Shown here piece after piece: positions 25,801 through 37,479 of a DNA stretch of 64,000 nucleotides (within the stretch, counting starts at the first letter, position 1; each line of letters starts with the position of its first letter). The notes below the pieces were generated by a model. It did not search any database. It saw only the letters and a program-made list of their open reading frames with translations, and had not been told where the DNA came from. The DNA lies in the NCBI RefSeq assembly GCF_964204645.1, contig NC_134029.1, forward strand, positions 12,798,850 to 12,862,849, given 5' to 3'. A program made the position numbers and the translations under genes. This stretch comes from Tubulanus polymorphus (lineage: Eukaryota > Animalia > Nemertea).

Positions 25801-25884
25801 ACAACTAATAATTGACCATAGAAAACATTTATTATCTTCATTTTGAACATTTATTACTGCTTTTGTTGTAAATGGTAATTTAAT
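22817..25884 (-). pseudogene. Protein-primed family B DNA polymerase (pPolB, Polinton group-2/adintovirus type), disrupted and intein-containing
   Basis: KAVINVQNEDNKCFLW; KVRDHDH..KYR.AAH..CN (EndoVII-like insert); FHNLSGYDTHLF (ExoII); RFLDSYRFLASSLD; VDLEYP; FFKLMNNRFYGKTCENIRNR (motif B); LLYFD|TDA (motif C); KLKGI; PFDDKRYILDDGIKTLPYGH. Confidence 0.95.
23274..24324 (-). mobile_element. Intein with LAGLIDADG homing endonuclease in the pPolB catalytic motif C (frameshifted)
   Basis: Block A SVTADTPILL; VWTRNGW..IIRHKTNKKIY; block B GFVDVTEDHRLI; block C GFFMGDGS; block D KIVPDYVLNA; block E FIGFYAADCS; block H QKGKVAISGLNILCNSLGF; block F YVYDLSIDDGTFNSG; block G PLIAVD followed by T(+1). 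Confidence 0.93.
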
Positions 25885-26697
25885 ACAAGAGCCCCAAGGG
25901 GCACAATGGCCAGCCTGTCAGATTTGCTTTTTATAAATGATGTAATCTGTGGGTTATATTTATCAATATACACTCCCTGCTCAATATCATTTACATAGTA
26001 AAATCGTGTGTTAACACAGACAGCAGGAACGAATGTAATATAGAAATACTAAGTTATTGTATTGTTCAACGCCCCCTGGTGGCCATAAAAAAAACCAATG
26101 AGCTTGAAACTCACCTCGATCATAGAACATGTCATGAGCTACAACTTTCCAATTGATTATAGTAGCAAAATATGCTCAAGTATCAATTATGATGTGGAAA
26201 AACTTTTTTTCCACCTACGAATGAGTACTGATAACCCCAAGATGGCTGCCAAGTGCGTCATAATTGCCTGGTCAAAAATACCCTCTCGGATATAAAAGAT
26301 CCCTTTCCAAAGAATACCCATTACAAATTGCAATGAAACATGGCGCACCATTAGAAAGCTACAGTACTCAGAATTCAGGCCAAAATTGACATTTTTGGGA
26401 ACAAAAAAGGTCACAGTACGGCCATCTTGAGTCCGATCGACTCAATTTTTCTCATGCCGATGGGCCCTCGGGGGAGACAAATATATACGAATGATCAAGG
26501 TTATTGATAAAAGTGTCTTCAAAATTTCCCTCGAAAACTTCAAAAATGTGTAAAAAGTGCTGATTTTGGCGAACAACAATGGCTGCCAGTCGGCCATCTT
26601 GAATCTGACAGGGCCAGTTTTGGCCTGAAGATGTGTCTAGGGTAGATACACGTATAAAACAAATATCAAGACATTACCTTGAAGCGTCTTCAAAACT

Positions 26698-26794
26698 TTG
26701 GAACTCTCATGAACTATCTAGATGGTTATCTCTCGACCTCAATAGCTTCAAGACCCATCTCAAAACAACTTTGTTCCATGCAGCATACCATTAA
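26698..26794 (+). mobile_element. 3' fragment of an L2/CR1-type LINE
   Basis: WNS...LNSFKTHLKTTLFHAAYH* resembles the ORF2 C-terminus of L2/CR1 elements. Confidence 0.5.
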
Positions 26795-28348
26795 CTCTCG
26801 GAAAGCGAATTGTATTTAACATTTTTTGGCAGAATAAAATTTGATTGAATTTGCAATTCGGGCACATGGCTAATTAGCATATCAAGGTCATACACCCGAT
26901 TTGGTAAAACCTTTTTTTCGCGAACCTTGCGCAATTGTCAAGGATGAATTTTCTGTAGAGCAAATAAAAATTCCTCCCAAACACCAAATCAACTAAAGAC
27001 TTCATAGAAATCAATCTTGAAATACAATTTTAAATCTCAAAAAAAAACCCGGAAGTAAAACAGTACAGTAGACGATACCGCGGATTCACGTGAACACCTG
27101 ATTTCTGTAAACGAAATGTTGGTTGTGACAAAATTGTTCAGACGGTTTTAGGTGGTAATAAGTACGGAAACGTAACGACCATGGTCGACTTAACCGATGA
27201 AATCAGGCCTATGTGATATCCAAATTTTGACTTTTTTATTCTCCAGACCTCCCTGATATAGAAATAAAAAATTTTGGTGGTACGAAAGTGCAATCACAGC
27301 GCCGACGGGGACAGAGCCGTGTCAGAGATCGGCGGAGTGAAAATTGAGGTGGACGAACACGAAGAAGTAGGCTATTGCGCTACTTGAATCACGAAAACTC
27401 CTGGCGCGGCCCCGACGCTTTTCGTTGATTAAGTAATACAAATATCATGCAATGGGTTTTCACAATCTACCGCTGCCGTATTTACCGGATTTCTATATCA
27501 CTCCAAAATTCAAAGAAACCTCGAAATATCGAACCGGAACACTTCCAGTAGATATCCGCGGCTGCCCAACCGGGAAACTTATTTGTTTCAATAGATATTG
27601 ATAGGATCCATCATCTTCACCCGTCAAGGGATTCGAACCCACTAAGCTAAAGCCATGCCAGAATCGGGTCGGGCCAATCACAGCGCTTGTAACAAACCAC
27701 ATTAGGCTTCTGTGGAATTTCCCAGTAAATGGGCCAATCAGCGAACACGTAGCGAACGCGGAAGTATTGTCGCGTGTTGATACATGACGTCATGCGCAAA
27801 AGCGCCAGTAATGAAATCGCGATAATTCACGTGAACAGCTGCTGATATTTTCAGATAAACCAATCACAGGGAAGACACAACTTCCTGATTGGCTGATAAA
27901 AATTGAAATTTTCCCGATTTAACTTTCGTGAAAAATGCAGAAAACATTTTTATGAGACCCTATTTCAAAATTCTGCTCGCTACGATTCCAAGAATGGATT
28001 ACGCTTAAATACGTGATTTGTTCGAATATGCCCTCACTTGGCAAGCAAAAGAGCCTTTTGTGTGGAAACCATGTCATTTAAATTCGCTCCATTTGTATAG
28101 TAATAGGCTCAGCCTACGGCTGGCCTAATAAGATGATGCTTTAATATCCTTTAATTCCATTCAATGTTTAACCAGACCCCTCAAAATATCTTTCTTCAAT
28201 ATGACGTTTGAATTCATTAAATTTCCTTCTTTTCATGGCGATGTAATTGAATAAAGAACTCAATTTGAACAAATGCAGCTATTTTCAAGCATAGGTCTGC
28301 ATTTATTTTTGATTTAAATTCTTAGATTAATGATGTCTTTGCATCTTA

Positions 28349-28568
28349 GGCTAAACAAAAATGATACCTTGTTTCTCCGCAGCAGCCGGGTCATTTTTGT
28401 AAAATATGATAAAATTTGTAAACAGTTCATTTCTATAGCGGCCGCGTCTGTTATGGTAAAATTGATCACGATTTTAAAAAAAGTAATGTATAGGGTAGAT
28501 AGGCGGCCAGCCAGTTCAACATTTAAGCTCAGCAGAGCGGAGAAACAAGGTATCAATTTTTTTTAGCC
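28349..28568. mobile_element. PIF/Harbinger-like MITE, 220 bp
   Basis: TIR ggctaaacaaaaatgataccttgtttctccg / cggagaaacaaggtatcaatttttttttagcc, with TTA on both flanks. Confidence 0.8.
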
Positions 28569-28796
28569 TTAAATTAAGATGTGCATTTCGGAGTGTTCGA
28601 ATTTCCCTGAATTCTAATTTCGCGAATTGATTTTTTTCAAACAAAATATGCTATATCCATGTGGATTTTTAACATTGTAAAGAAATCATCTAAATTGTGC
28701 CCATATTTGATCGAATTTAATAGAAGAAACTTTGTATGGTATTCAAGATTTCATTTGGATTACGGTAACGGCCTTTGGTGATCGTCCCTGGGGTCA

Positions 28797-29020
28797 TGAA
28801 TGAAGAAATCCCGTAATAGAATTTTAAATATGATAAAATTTGTTAAGGTGAAACCGCAACGTTTTGACTGTAGACTAACAGCCATCATCAGGTGGAATGT
28901 AGACATTCGTAGTGATAAGGGCTTTTAGTAAGATGGCTGTCAATCAACAGCTGAAACGTTGTGGTTTAACTATAATAAATTTCATGATACAAAATTCTAT
29001 TGTGGAATTTCTTCATTTAT
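28797..29020. repeat. Degenerate palindromic (foldback) element
   Basis: atgaagaaatccc..aatagaattt...aaaccgcaacgttt...acagccatc is mirrored by gatggctgt...aaacgttgtggttt...aaattctatt..ggaatttcttcat. Confidence 0.7.
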
Positions 29021-30774
29021 CGACAGTTAACACGCTTTAGAGTATTTTATTCGACTTCTTCGGGTCCTGTAGTCGTTTAGATCGAAAATTATTTACTAAT
29101 CGGCGAAGAAGGGATATAAAACCGTGTTGGTCGCTATGAGAGGGATTCCCTGTATATCTGCACCTTAAACCGGTACCTTTGTTAGTTCTAGCCCACATTC
29201 ACTTCCAAATTCAAGTATTGGTAACGTTGGTTTACGATAATTTGAGAAAAAGAGTTTAGTTGGAGAAAACTGATAATTCAGTTAATGAGTTAACTGATAA
29301 TCTTATAATTCAGCGATATTGGTTCAACGATTCAGCGAAGTTCAAACACCGTACATTTTGGCATGTTATTATATTGGCACCTTGAAATAAAGTTTCATAG
29401 AGATATTGCGGTGCTAAGTTTATCAATATTAAGAGGTAATTACTTTTGGTTTGTGGTCTTTTGGTGGCCAATGCAGTTTGTTCATTCGTTCATCAATCAC
29501 TGTCTAGTTAGCCAGTGTAATTGACCTGCTGACCGATAGCTGCTGCTGGGTTTTTGATAACCTATATAAACAATTTACTCAACAAAGTGGGAAAGTATGT
29601 GAAACTAGAATTACAGCATATTGCATTTCTTTCACATCTTAGGCCAAAAGAAGTTTTCTCTATCAAATGAAATTGCTGACTTCAAAATTACGTGAACATC
29701 TCAACACTGCACTTTTATACGCTAATCGTTTGATCATTTATAAGTTGGTAATTTCATTTCAACCAAACTGTATAACTACGAAATAAGATTTTGATTATGG
29801 TATCATTTCTAGCAAGCGATAAAATGATTCAATATTCATTAACGAACAAGCAGAGAACAGCGTGACAAAGTGAACATCACATGGATTATTTAAAAATCGT
29901 TTGTATCGAAATAAACAATTAATTCAAGGTTAATTCTAAGTATTTTTTTCGCAATTCATTTTTTGAACATATGATTTTATTTGTATATTCCTCTCTCATA
30001 TACCCTTAAAATCAAATTAAGCCTAAAAGACAAATTTATTTTTTTGTCTTGTCTTTCTTTTCTACAAAATCAAAGATTTATGAACGCACCAGAATGTTTT
30101 ATAATCGCAAATGTAAAGAATTCTAGGAATGGCACTATATTTTAGTATTAATGGATTTAATCCATGATGATGTTATATGAATGAATAGTTTTCCATTTTG
30201 TTGAGCGTAATATTATTTAGGGGATTCTTAGCATCTCAAAAACTTTGATTTTCTATTCACAGAACTGTATTCAAAGCATACAGAGTTCTGTATACAAAGC
30301 ATATAGGGTTTAACAGTACCTTTGAACCAGTCACGTATCACTGCAAATCTTTAACAGATGCTGCTATTTTGAACAGGAAATAACCATGCCATCTCAAAAT
30401 GGTCACTTTTCAATAGTTGACTTTTAGAAACGATGTGTTTTGAGAGTAGCTGCTATGGTAGGAGTTACTATCAATAAGTCACTGTTAACAGGCGGGTGGT
30501 TTAACAGTCACCTCTACTGCTAGTGTGCACTATCGAAACCAGATGTTTCAAAATGGTCACTTTTCAATAGTAGACTCTTCGAAACAGCCACTATAGAAAA
30601 CCAACTGAATTGAAAGGAATACTATTTCAGAGTGACTGTTTTGAAATGTATACTACTGGAAAAGTAGCTGATATCCTTAATTGCTTATTGTTCTCAAGTA
30701 GCTACTAAGTAAAAGTAGACGTTTGGGCTCAAAAGTATGATAGACATGTTCTTGGATTCAGCCTTTCAATTACT

Positions 30775-30936
30775 CTCACCTTACCCTAACCCTATCCCAA
30801 ATTGTGAAACGGAACCCTCTGGACCCTCTTCTCACCCTCTTGACACTAACCCTATCGAAACCCTAACCCTAAACCCAATAAAATGATTCTATTGTAACAT
30901 GATATATGGATCCGGCAAAAAGAAATAATCACTTCC
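30775..30936. mobile_element. Short element with TAACCC repeats ending CACTTCC (MULE-end-like), related to 52846-53052
   Basis: Same start ctcaccttaccctaacccta and same terminal cacttcc as 52846-53052. Confidence 0.55.
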
Positions 30937-31628
30937 TAATATTAACAAACAAACCCCATTAACGAAAATTCGGACCAAAACGTTGCACAGAGAGCAGGTG
31001 TGACAGAGAGCGGATATTGACATACATATCATAATGAGCTATGTTTTTCGTTCTACGATGAATATGCGCAACGAAATCGTCGTTTTCCGCCAGAAAATTG
31101 GCCAAAATAACCCAGCACGGCAAATAATGACGAATAATGATTCGAGGGTGCACCTTTACTATCCGTTACACAGCATATGATATGATATAAGTGTGTAAGG
31201 TATTCCGACTGTCTTTCTCACCTGAGGAACTACTTTTTAGTTTCTAGTGAATGCGCCCTCTGGTGCATGGAACATCGGGGACAGTGACATAGTGACATGG
31301 GGGACATAGTGTGACATTGGGGACAGTGGCATAGAGTGACATCGGGGACGGTGACATCTCCAGGATACATCTCCGGGGATATTTTTCCAGCTCTGCATCC
31401 CTCCCGCGCGCCCCTCCCCCCCAAACCGTTGACTTCTGCATCCAAGAAAACCATGCAGAAATGTCTAGAACACATAGCCAGGCATATGAGTTTTCAAAAG
31501 TGAAAATGTGATAACTATCAATCGCTATTCAAATCAATTATCTATTCCAATCGAATATATTTACATCCAAAAAGTTTACTTAGCATAATAGTCAATCATT
31601 TCTTTCAATTGAATATATCGGACATATA

Positions 31629-32236
31629 CCATATTTTCCGGCCAATAAGCCGAGGGCAGTTTTTTAGCCTAAAATACATGGATTTCATAAAGCTTCACCC
31701 AATAAGCCGAGGCCCTTCATCAGAGATTTTAATTCACTGATTTGTCAATTAGTTCGTCTTAATTAACGATTTAAGAGGCTGACAGTAGCGCCCGCCGATG
31801 TGTGAGAGTGCTGTGTATACTATCATCGCCGAGTGACTGTGCTATATATAGACTCACTCAGCTGATTACTATACACACAGCCATACACGCAGTACGCAGC
31901 TCACTGCTGATTTGCATATATACTTATGTATGAACTGACACGTGGTAGTACGATAAACTCGCGCGTTATATAAATGTATACCATTGCCGCTGTGCGGTGA
32001 TGGAACAATCAAAGTAAAAATAAAATAGTTCAAAATAGATTATAATTGGTAGTAAATAATGACCTCAAATAAATATCGACCACTTTTCTTGATTTTGACG
32101 ATCATTGAGAGCATTAGAGTGGCATAGATCGGGAAGTGATTTTTTATGTCAGATCGTATCCGCCCAATTAGCCGATCACGATATTTTGGGTAAAAATCTG
32201 AGGCTAGAAAATTGGCTTATTGGCCGGAAAATACGG
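31629..32236. mobile_element. pogo/Tigger-type MITE
   Basis: TIR ccatattttccggccaataagcc / ggcttattggccggaaaatacgg with TA TSD. Confidence 0.9.
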
Positions 32237-32361
32237 TATAGCATTTTTAGAAAAAGTATGCGGGCTAAAAAGTGTCATATTTAGATACGAGAATGTATAC
32301 AATAATAAATTTCATATAGCCTTAGTAAATTTCATATGGTATTAATCATGTATAATATTAT

Positions 32362-34266
32362 TCAGAGTGTATAGGATAAATGTAGTAATAATAATTCATG
32401 CTGGTAATGTTTTGGTAAACGCGTAATAAATTCAAATAAACAATCCTTCGAGAAATTTTCGCTGTAAAGCTGAATGTCGATTCCGGACTTGGAAATATCG
32501 TCATAGGGAAGTTGTACAGAGTCCGGATGCGATTTCATAAAGAACACTGATCTTCCCAGAATGTAAATTCGCCTGAATCCTCGTTCGGTCAACTGCTGTA
32601 ATTCCTAAAATAAAGTATCAGTAATCAGTAACTGATAGTTAAAGAGGATTATGGCAGCGTCAAATAAAATGACGGCCCAAAATAACAGCACAACGAAGGT
32701 ATAAAACATCTGACTAGTATTAATGATAATAATTACCTTTAACTCTGTGAATGTTGCGTACAGATTTGACAGGTCCTTGTGATGAAAGCAACGCCTTCGA
32801 TATCTTTTGCGGAAATGATGACACTCGAGGCGAGTGTATCGAATCTACAGCTTTGTGCTGTTCCACTGCCTGTAAATCAAAATGACAAATCTATTTTAGT
32901 TTAGTTAATATACATGTATTGTCGTAAATGTTTTGCGTGGGCTATGAACTTTTTGTTCATTGTTACATATAGCCTAAACTAATAGGGAAAAAATGGATTT
33001 TGTTTTCAGCCCCACGGTCTACATTGACAATAATACGTGATACATTGTACGAGATGAATCTGATTTTGGGAAATACATACCTCGAGAAATATAGCTTTCT
33101 GGTGCTGCATTGTTCTAAACACCGTTTTCGCAGCTTGCATTTGTTGTATTGGAATGATTTCTGAAATGGTTAATGCATTGGATCCCCTTATGGTGTGTAT
33201 CATCGCCTCAACAAATATATGCAGTAAAGCAGTGAGGCGATAAATGTGTGACGCATCCTTTGACGATGCCATGTGTATATCGCCGTTCTGTTCTTGGTTT
33301 TCTTCTGAAATTTGAAAATAAACGGAATTGGTGATATGAATGCATAGCCTTACTACAAAAGACCTTCAATTAAACCATTTAGCAACTTACCGATATTTTC
33401 GTGGTATCTGCGTTGAAGGTAATCGATGTTCTTTCCTGATTTCGTTGAACAAATTTTCACTTTCGTCCGATAATGTGTAAGTCACTGCATTGTTTAGGTG
33501 TGCATCATACACGGACTGAAGAATGCTTTTGAACCCGTTTTTCAAGGGGGAGTTCATCACTTCGCGATGCGCTCTAACGTTTTCTTCGGGTTGATGCAAT
33601 TCAGGTTTGCATACAGAATATAAATCTGTCCACAAAACCGTCCCCACCACACAATTGTACTAGTTCCACTAGAAGTGGTTCAGCCTGAACCATGACGATC
33701 ATCGACATTGATGTCTTACTGAATCCTCTTAGTCCGTTCGATAAAGTTTTAAGTATCTCCTCGACTTCCCCACATTTTGCAAAGCAACGCACGTTCAGTT
33801 TCGCCCTTTTTTTTGTTTCACGTTGATAGCTTTGAGGAGTCTACCTCCTTCTTCCGATGTGATTAGTCCGTAACCAGAATTTAAAGGCTGGTGTTTCTGC
33901 ACCCCAGCTACAGAATAAGTCTCCAAAATGAAGTTATTTCCTCCATTTGTATCGCTATAGTGATCCGAAAACAGTTCGATAATCCGCTTGAAACAATTCG
34001 ATTTGCCACATCCAGGATCGCCAACTATCATCATGTACCAGTTCAAAGGATCGATGAACCCAGCAGCTGCTGTACTGACAGTACTGACTGACTGTACTGA
34101 CGAGTGTTTGGTCCAGCAACCGATGCAATACACGATCCAATATCCCATTGGAATTTAATCGTATATGCACTCTGATAGAGTTTGAAGATACTACTTTTAG
34201 AATAACGTTTACTAGCCATGGCATGGAGAGTAAGTTTACTGTGAACTTTGAGCAAATTATGACCAT
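32362..34266 (-). pseudogene. Spliced DUF3987/YfjI-like P-loop ATPase (helicase) pseudogene
   Basis: PLNWYMMIVGDPGCGKS (Walker A), LITSEEG (Walker B-like), MIVMVQAEP, DGFVDRFIF and SKDASHIYRLTALLH. It has frameshifts, and GT-AG-like boundaries near 33390/33305, 33080/32870 and 32735/32605. Confidence 0.7.
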
Positions 34267-34566
34267 TTTATATGGTCAGTTAGCTATTCAATATTTCATT
34301 AACCAATGAAAATGGGTAGGCCTATTTAAGTGCGTCAATGAAATTTGACTGAGTTTGAAACTTGCCCATTTCTTTCATGACAAAGCATGGATTAATATAG
34401 CTGCCAAGCAGCGATGACGGGTTTTCTGCAAAGCCATTCAGAATGACGGAAATTGTAGTAAATTGAAATACCGATACATAGAATAAAATGTATTGACAGA
34501 TTCGAACCTAATATGCAACTGTCACAGGACGTTATTTTTTTGGGAGCATTCCTGTTCCTGTTCATT

Positions 34567-35080
34567 TGTAGTGTGGTGCCCTCTACTTTGGGTAATAAAT
34601 GTTAATATCAGTATTTTTAAATTGATCGTTCGTTTATTTAGGTGAGTTGTCTTCTATATTGTTTGTATATTATTATGTATATCCATGTATTGTTTATTGT
34701 AATGCATTGATTTAGGCCTGGCCTGGCCTGGCCCGGTTTATTTCCTAAGTTAACTAGATTCCCGCCATTTCTTGTTCCCGCCTTTTTTTTCCTTTATGAT
34801 TTGAATATTGGATCAGAGTATTATCATGTGACATGTAATGTAGCTGGCAATTAGTTATGTTAGGATATATAAATGTTTATTATATATATATTGAGTCGGT
34901 AGTGCTGAATTATTGGAGGCATTCATCTGGGTAATAAATGTTAATATCAGTATTTTTAAATTGATCGTTCGTTTATTTAGTTGGAGTCAGAATCAGCTGA
35001 TCGGTGCTGCATTGAGTGCGGTACTGCAAGTGGCAGCAGAACAGACGGGACTCGGGCAGTTGGAAATCCGCTCCGTGACA
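34567..35080 (+). repeat. Probable 5' LTR
   Basis: TGTA...GACA directly before the PBS, with an internal ~53-bp direct repeat (34589 and 34928). The start position is inferred. Confidence 0.6.
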
Positions 35081-35083
35081 TTT

Positions 35084-35099
35084 TGGGGCTCGTCCAGGA
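35084..35099 (+). promoter_or_regulatory. Primer-binding site, tRNA-Pro type
   Basis: tggggctcgtccagga compared with the tRNA-Pro complement TGGGGGCTCGTCCGGGA. Confidence 0.8.
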
Positions 35100-36098
35100 A
35101 ACTAAGAAGATTATCGAAGAGCGGAATCAATTGAAACTCAACCGTCCACTACGGACGCCAGTCAGCGATTACAAATTGGAATTTCGATCACCCAACAGTG
35201 TTGTGTAAACCCGGTACCGGTGTACAAGTCGACGTGAAAGGCTGCCTGGAGTATCGTGAGTATTAACACGGGTTTTACTCCCGAGTAGGAGCCTTGGATT
35301 TGGTGATTTAGCATTGTGGTGGTCAGTGTAATGCAGGTGTGCTGCTCGTATTGCATGTTGCCGTCCGACTAATACCTGTTGCGTGTTACTGTCCGAACAC
35401 TACGTGTTGCATGATACCGTCCGATTTAATACGTGTTGCGTGTTACCGTCCGATTAATATGGTTTGCATGCTATTGTGCGTCGAATTCGTGTTGCATGTT
35501 GTTATTTGTGTTGTGACGTGTTGCACAGAAGTCTTGTGCGATACAGATTTTGTTTAGTTGCTTTGCAAGGAATCCAAACTGGATTTAAGTGCACATTTAT
35601 TTGTTTACATTGTTTGCATGTGTAGCTCAGATTGGGTTTGCATTGAGATTGTGGTTGACTTACCTGTGGATCCGAGCGTGTGAGTTCTGTTCTACAGGGG
35701 TTGTGATAGAGAACGGTCTGTTAATTGGTTTGTGTAGCTGAGCTGAGCGGAGAACATTTTATTTGCGGTGCTTGATGCGATCATTTCTTTTTGCGTTGTT
35801 TTAGTTAAATGTAAATTTACTGCATGTTGTGATTGCTTTATTTTCTTTTTGTGTTTGCCTATTCTTAATTTGTCCATTAAAGCACACAATTAATTGTACT
35901 ACGAAATACCTTGTGAGATGGGTTAAGCTGTTAAGGTAGTTGAGAGTGGGACATATTATTGGTTTGTACAATTAACTGAGTGCGTATTAATTAGTTTTAA
36001 ACAAGTGTTAGAGTGCATTTGTTTAACCCTCTGTTTCTGTTCTATTGAGACTTGGTGAAACTAAATATCTGTGTTTTTGTGCTAATATATAGGAGAGA

Positions 36099-37472
36099 AT
36101 GCCCTCCTTGTGGGAACAAGCGGTTTTTGTTGGGGGTATTCAAGGGTTAACTAATCCGGTTGGATTTTGTCTGGAATACTTTCAGCCTTGTGGGGAAATT
36201 AGAACCTCTAGCCAGAACTCGGATGGGGTTTTTCTTATCTTTGATTCTCCAGATGCATGTTCTCAAGCGAGTTTAGCTGATAACAGGAGGATTCAGGCAG
36301 ATGGTAAGTCCATAACCCTACGGGTGCAGAATATTGATTCGTCCCAAGAGCGATTCTTGCGTCAAATATATCAGGCGGAAGAGGATCTGGACCAAATGGT
36401 AAGATCATTCTCAAACCTACCACCAGGGACTCAGAGTAAACTGGTTGACAAGTTGACGGCTTCGGTGATGAAACCCAAAAAAGAAACAAGCCTCGGTGAA
36501 TCGTATTCCGGTCCGACATTGAGGCCACCAGCACTCTCACAACCCCAATTTGAACCGAGGGTGAATGTGTCGGTGCAAGCACCAAGGGTCGGAATGTTTA
36601 GTGGAACGGAGAGCAAAGGAGAGATATCCTACGCCCAATGGCGCCAGGAAGTGAAGGCACTTGTTCGTGATGAAGCACTCGGTGATGCCACCCGGATGAG
36701 GATAATTCGTGCATCATTAAGGGGAACTGCATTACGGGTGTTAACCAATCTATATGATGAGGAAAATGAAGTTACGGCAGCGGATGTTCTTGATCAGATG
36801 GAACTCAAATACAGGGAGGTGCAAACGGCGGAGGAGTTGATGATAAGATTTCACTCAGCGAGTCAAGGAGACAAGGAAACGATAGCGGATTGGTCCACAA
36901 CAATCGAGGAGATAGCTGCGCAAGTGAAAGCTGCGGGACATGGACCTACCTATATAAATGACGAGACACTAAAGGTACAGTTTTGGCCAGGGTTACAAAA
37001 TATGCAAGTTAAGATGTCGACGAGAACATATAAAGAGCCAGGTTATTTGTTTCGTCAACTAGTCAGGCAGGCTCGGAAGGTGGAGAGTGAAATGGGTAGC
37101 GAGATAGGCCGCACTTCTATCAACTCTTACCGGAGAAAGAAGCCGTTCATTCAGCAAGTTCAGGGGGTTGCCGTGGAAAAGACGGAATCGAACGAACTAG
37201 CTGAACAATTAAGGAAATTGACTGAGCACTTAAAGCGAATTGAACGTGAGCTGGAAGCCGTCAAGGAAGGGCGGCTGGAACAACGGAATTGGCGCGGGAG
37301 GCGATGGCAGACTGGCCCAAGACCGCCTAATCCGATTGTGCCCATGGAGGAAAGTGTTGGCAATGCGGTGATAAAGGTCATATGCGACGTAGCTGTCCGT
37401 CATTGCCGGGAAACGAGGAACCGCTCGGATCAGGAGGCAGGAGACGGGCGGAAAAGGAGGACAGCGCCTTAA
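36099..37472 (+). CDS. gag: PNMA/Ma-like Gag; the zinc knuckle is now out of frame
   Basis: FSG..KGEISYAQWRQEV...IRASLRG.A is a PNMA-type capsid motif. CWQCGDKGHMRRSC lies in another frame at ~37355-37400. Confidence 0.85.
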   Translation: MPSLWEQAVFVGGIQGLTNPVGFCLEYFQPCGEIRTSSQNSDGVFLIFDSPDACSQASLADNRRIQADGKSITLRVQNIDSSQERFLRQIYQAEEDLDQMVRSFSNLPPGTQSKLVDKLTASVMKPKKETSLGESYSGPTLRPPALSQPQFEPRVNVSVQAPRVGMFSGTESKGEISYAQWRQEVKALVRDEALGDATRMRIIRASLRGTALRVLTNLYDEENEVTAADVLDQMELKYREVQTAEELMIRFHSASQGDKETIADWSTTIEEIAAQVKAAGHGPTYINDETLKVQFWPGLQNMQVKMSTRTYKEPGYLFRQLVRQARKVESEMGSEIGRTSINSYRRKKPFIQQVQGVAVEKTESNELAEQLRKLTEHLKRIERELEAVKEGRLEQRNWRGRRWQTGPRPPNPIVPMEESVGNAVIKVICDVAVRHCRETRNRSDQEAGDGRKRRTAP

Positions 37473-37479
37473 CCTATCA

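Larger units (their letters stand above)
20242..25884. mobile_element. Polinton/Maverick (adintovirus-like) endogenous remnant
   Basis: Sharp drop in GC, dense intronless ORFs, a protein-primed PolB and ancillary ORFs. Both ends abut unrelated repeats. No TIR, integrase or capsid gene is visible. Confidence 0.9.

Noticed and set aside
27620-27650. B-box-like ggttcgaatccc on the minus strand as a tRNA gene
   Set aside because: No convincing A box or cloverleaf.
19557-30713. Inverted ~340-bp pair flanking the Polinton remnant as possible Polinton TIRs
   Set aside because: No AG/AGT-type terminus or 6-bp TSD. The right copy's apparent terminus (cactgc...aacagatgct) faces inward, and unrelated repeats lie between, so these are better read as independent copies.
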